This document shows, in pieces, positions 61,861 to 64,000 of a DNA stretch of 64,000 bases (positions are counted from its first letter, which is position 1; each line of letters begins with the position of its first letter). The notes under the pieces are model-generated. The model saw only the letters and a program-made list of their open reading frames with translations. It was not told the origin of the DNA and did no database searches. The position numbers and the translations under genes are program-made. Source of the DNA: Blepharisma stoltei ATCC 30299 (taxonomy: Eukaryota > Protista > Ciliophora); NCBI GenBank assembly GCA_965603825.1, contig CBFDEM010000001.1:310001-374000 (forward strand). The letters are read 5' to 3'.

Positions 61861-63718
61861 TTAAATCGCTTTTCGTTGCTCTTTAAGTACCTTAATCTGC
61901 TGCTGCATTCTAGCCATATTAGATCTACACAGTTCCAGCTCATCTTTCAATACCGAAATCTGGTTATCTTTCTCTTTTAGCATTCCTTCCATGTCTGAAA
62001 TAAGAATATCTTGTTCATCAACTATAAGAACTAGGCTTGATTTATTTAAGTCCTCAATATTTTCTTGTCCTTTATTGTTTAACTCTTTCGCTCTTTGAGC
62101 TTCTTGAAACTCTAAGAATTCATCAACACTGTCAAGCAGATATGTTTCTTTTCGACCTACTTCAAAAGAAATATCTGGAACTTTTATGTCTGCTTCTAAG
62201 GTGTTTTTTCTTGATTTTATGACGATAGAATTTTCGTGCCTTTGACGGGATCTCGCAACTTTTTCTTGAAACTTGGATTCTTCTTTTATTATCGGGCTGG
62301 AATCTTTCATAATTGATAATCGCGTTCTTCTTCTTTCTTGGTTTTTAATACTAATCTCAGCAAATTCATTAATATCATTAATCTCATCTTTATTGTTAAC
62401 AGCTAGTTTTTCTGAGTTTATGATCATAGAAGATAGTCTTTCTAAGCTGTTTTGAAGTTGGAGTTTTTCTTTAATTAAGCTTTCAACCCCTGAATGCTCT
62501 TTTCTCACAGGACTGTGCTCTCTTAGAGGTGATTCTTCTTCAGCATCATTTATGATTGGAATTAATGATATTTTTGTTTCTATTTCACATAGCTTTAGAG
62601 ATAATTCTCTAATATCTTTATAAATTTCAAGAATTAAAGAGTCTCCTTCTGCAAAATTATTCTTTGATAAAACCTGGCTTATTTTTTTTGCTCTCTGAGC
62701 AAATTTGAGAGTAGATAAGCTTTCGTCATAATTTTGTGAGCATGGTGATATATTACAAATTAATAAAATTTTTGCACTTCCTTCTAGAGATGATTTTAAA
62801 AGCCTTGTTAATTTACTGTCTCTAAAAGGAATATGCACAGTGTTTGCTTTATCACTTAGTCTCATTATAACTGTCCCTAGAGTAATTAAGCTCTATATAT
62901 ATCTCACTTTATTGATATGCTTCATTTCTCTATTTTTGCTTGCAAGTGTGGATTGGATATTCATGCCGCTTCCTTCGCTTCCTGCTAAATCTATTAAATT
63001 TAGCGTAGAAATCGCGAATATTTCAGATTCAGAGCTTCTTAGCTTTGATTCTATTATGATACTGAATCTGTGATAATGCTTACATGCAATGCGAACTAGA
63101 GCCATTTGGGTTTATTTTTGTCCCTGAAAACTGCTTATGAGCTTCTCCTAAAGCAAGCAAAGAATGTATTTGGGCTACAGAGTGGCAGACTTCTTCAGTT
63201 GCATTGGCTATTTTGATACCATTCTGAATGAATTTTACCTTTTTGTCTTCTTTTATTTGGAGATTTAGACCTTTGGGGTTCAATAAATCATTTATGCTTT
63301 CATTATAAATTTCGACATAAGAACAGCGAATTATGAACTCTTTTGTAGTCGCATATTGCATATATGCAAAAATTGTATCAATGCTTAAAAAAGCTAGCCC
63401 TGGGTCTTTGCGATTGCCTTGCATAGTAAATGTTTTCCCACTTCCTGTTTCTCCATAGCAAAGCAAGCAATTATTGTAGCCTTCCATTGCCCTTCATATC
63501 ATGATTTCACAAAGGTCTTCAAAAATAAGGTTATTGCTTGTAGTTTCATCGTAAACCTTGTCAAAAATATACAGCCGATTACCATTGCTTTCTTTTATGG
63601 TTGTTGGACCTGCGACATCTCATGAAATTGTGGAGTCTGAAGAAAGCTCAAGCTGGCTGATAGGCCTTATTCTTACAGCAACTGTAATGCTTTCTTCCTT
63701 TTGATTTATATTTTCCAT
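61861..63718 (-). CDS. N-terminal motor kinesin (kinesin-7/CENP-E-like), ~603 aa, three introns
   Basis: VAVRIRP, GETGSGKT, SYVEIYNE, LIDLAGSE, INK|SLITLG, HIPFRDSKLTRLL; introns 63224-63238, 63068-63083, 62893-62907. Confidence 0.9.
62893..62907 (-). other. 15-nt intron GTGAGATATATATAG
   Basis: Restores HINK|SLITLG. Confidence 0.9.
63068..63083 (-). other. 16-nt intron GTAAGCATTATCACAG
   Basis: Restores SHC-I-FSIIIES and explains the frame shift. Confidence 0.9.
63224..63238 (-). other. 15-nt in-frame, stop-less intron GTAAAATTCATTCAG
   Basis: Splicing converts IKEDKKVKFIQNGIKI to canonical-length IKEDKKNGIKI. Confidence 0.75.
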
Positions 63719-64000
63719 TTGGGTGTTTATTTTAAAATTTAATTCTCAGTATGGAAAATTTAAACTATCCATAAAGATTGAGCTCATTTAAAAAGCCTCA
63801 TTTCAAAATGATTATACTTACTATCTTTTTGATTGGATAAGCTGCTAAGCATATTTGTTTATATAGCATTTAATGAATTAATTAGTTGATTTAACGCACT
63901 ATTATAGCATAATATATAGCAGGTAAGACAGATACACCAATTTAAAATAACTTTAAAACAAAATTTCTAATTTTTTCATCAGACTAATAAAGAAATCATG

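Noticed and set aside
1-64000. Prokaryotic or organellar (code 4) origin; CRISPR, defence or mobile systems
   Set aside because: The gene content is nuclear eukaryotic with GT-AG introns. I saw no repeat-spacer array, transposase, integrase or terminal inverted repeats.

Overview
AT-rich, gene-dense eukaryotic DNA from a heterotrich ciliate, most consistent with a Blepharisma macronuclear genome. Two properties explain the fragmented ORF track. First, TGA is read as Trp: in-frame TGA sits at conserved Trp positions in several unrelated enzymes, and all 35 reconstructed genes end in TAA or TAG. Second, genes carry tiny spliceosomal introns: I located 19, of which 17 are 15 nt and 2 are 16 nt, all GT..AG with an A at position +10. 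Re-assembled genes include a WDR90/POC16-like WD40 protein, a TPR protein, two CDPKs, calcineurin A, two cyclins, a RING E3, a large surface/multipass protein, a CaMKK-like pseudokinase, polo kinase, FolD, a USP, Hsp10, a PhnY-like dioxygenase, PCYT2, a MORN protein, SRP68, an SCP phosphatase, a syntaxin, importin-alpha and a kinesin. Features the ORF track does not show: (1) a ~1.7-kb inverted duplication (3614-5332 vs 23911-25530) with reciprocal decay, suggesting a staggered-break inversion of ~20 kb; (2) a decayed tandem duplication at 42-46 kb with microhomology junctions; (3) a cryptic actin-family pseudogene. The best candidate for a new system is a PhnY-like (2-aminoethylphosphonate dioxygenase-like) gene next to, and co-oriented with, an ethanolamine-phosphate cytidylyltransferase, a possible phosphonolipid head-group pair. 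All calls come from manual reading and motif recognition; no searches were run.
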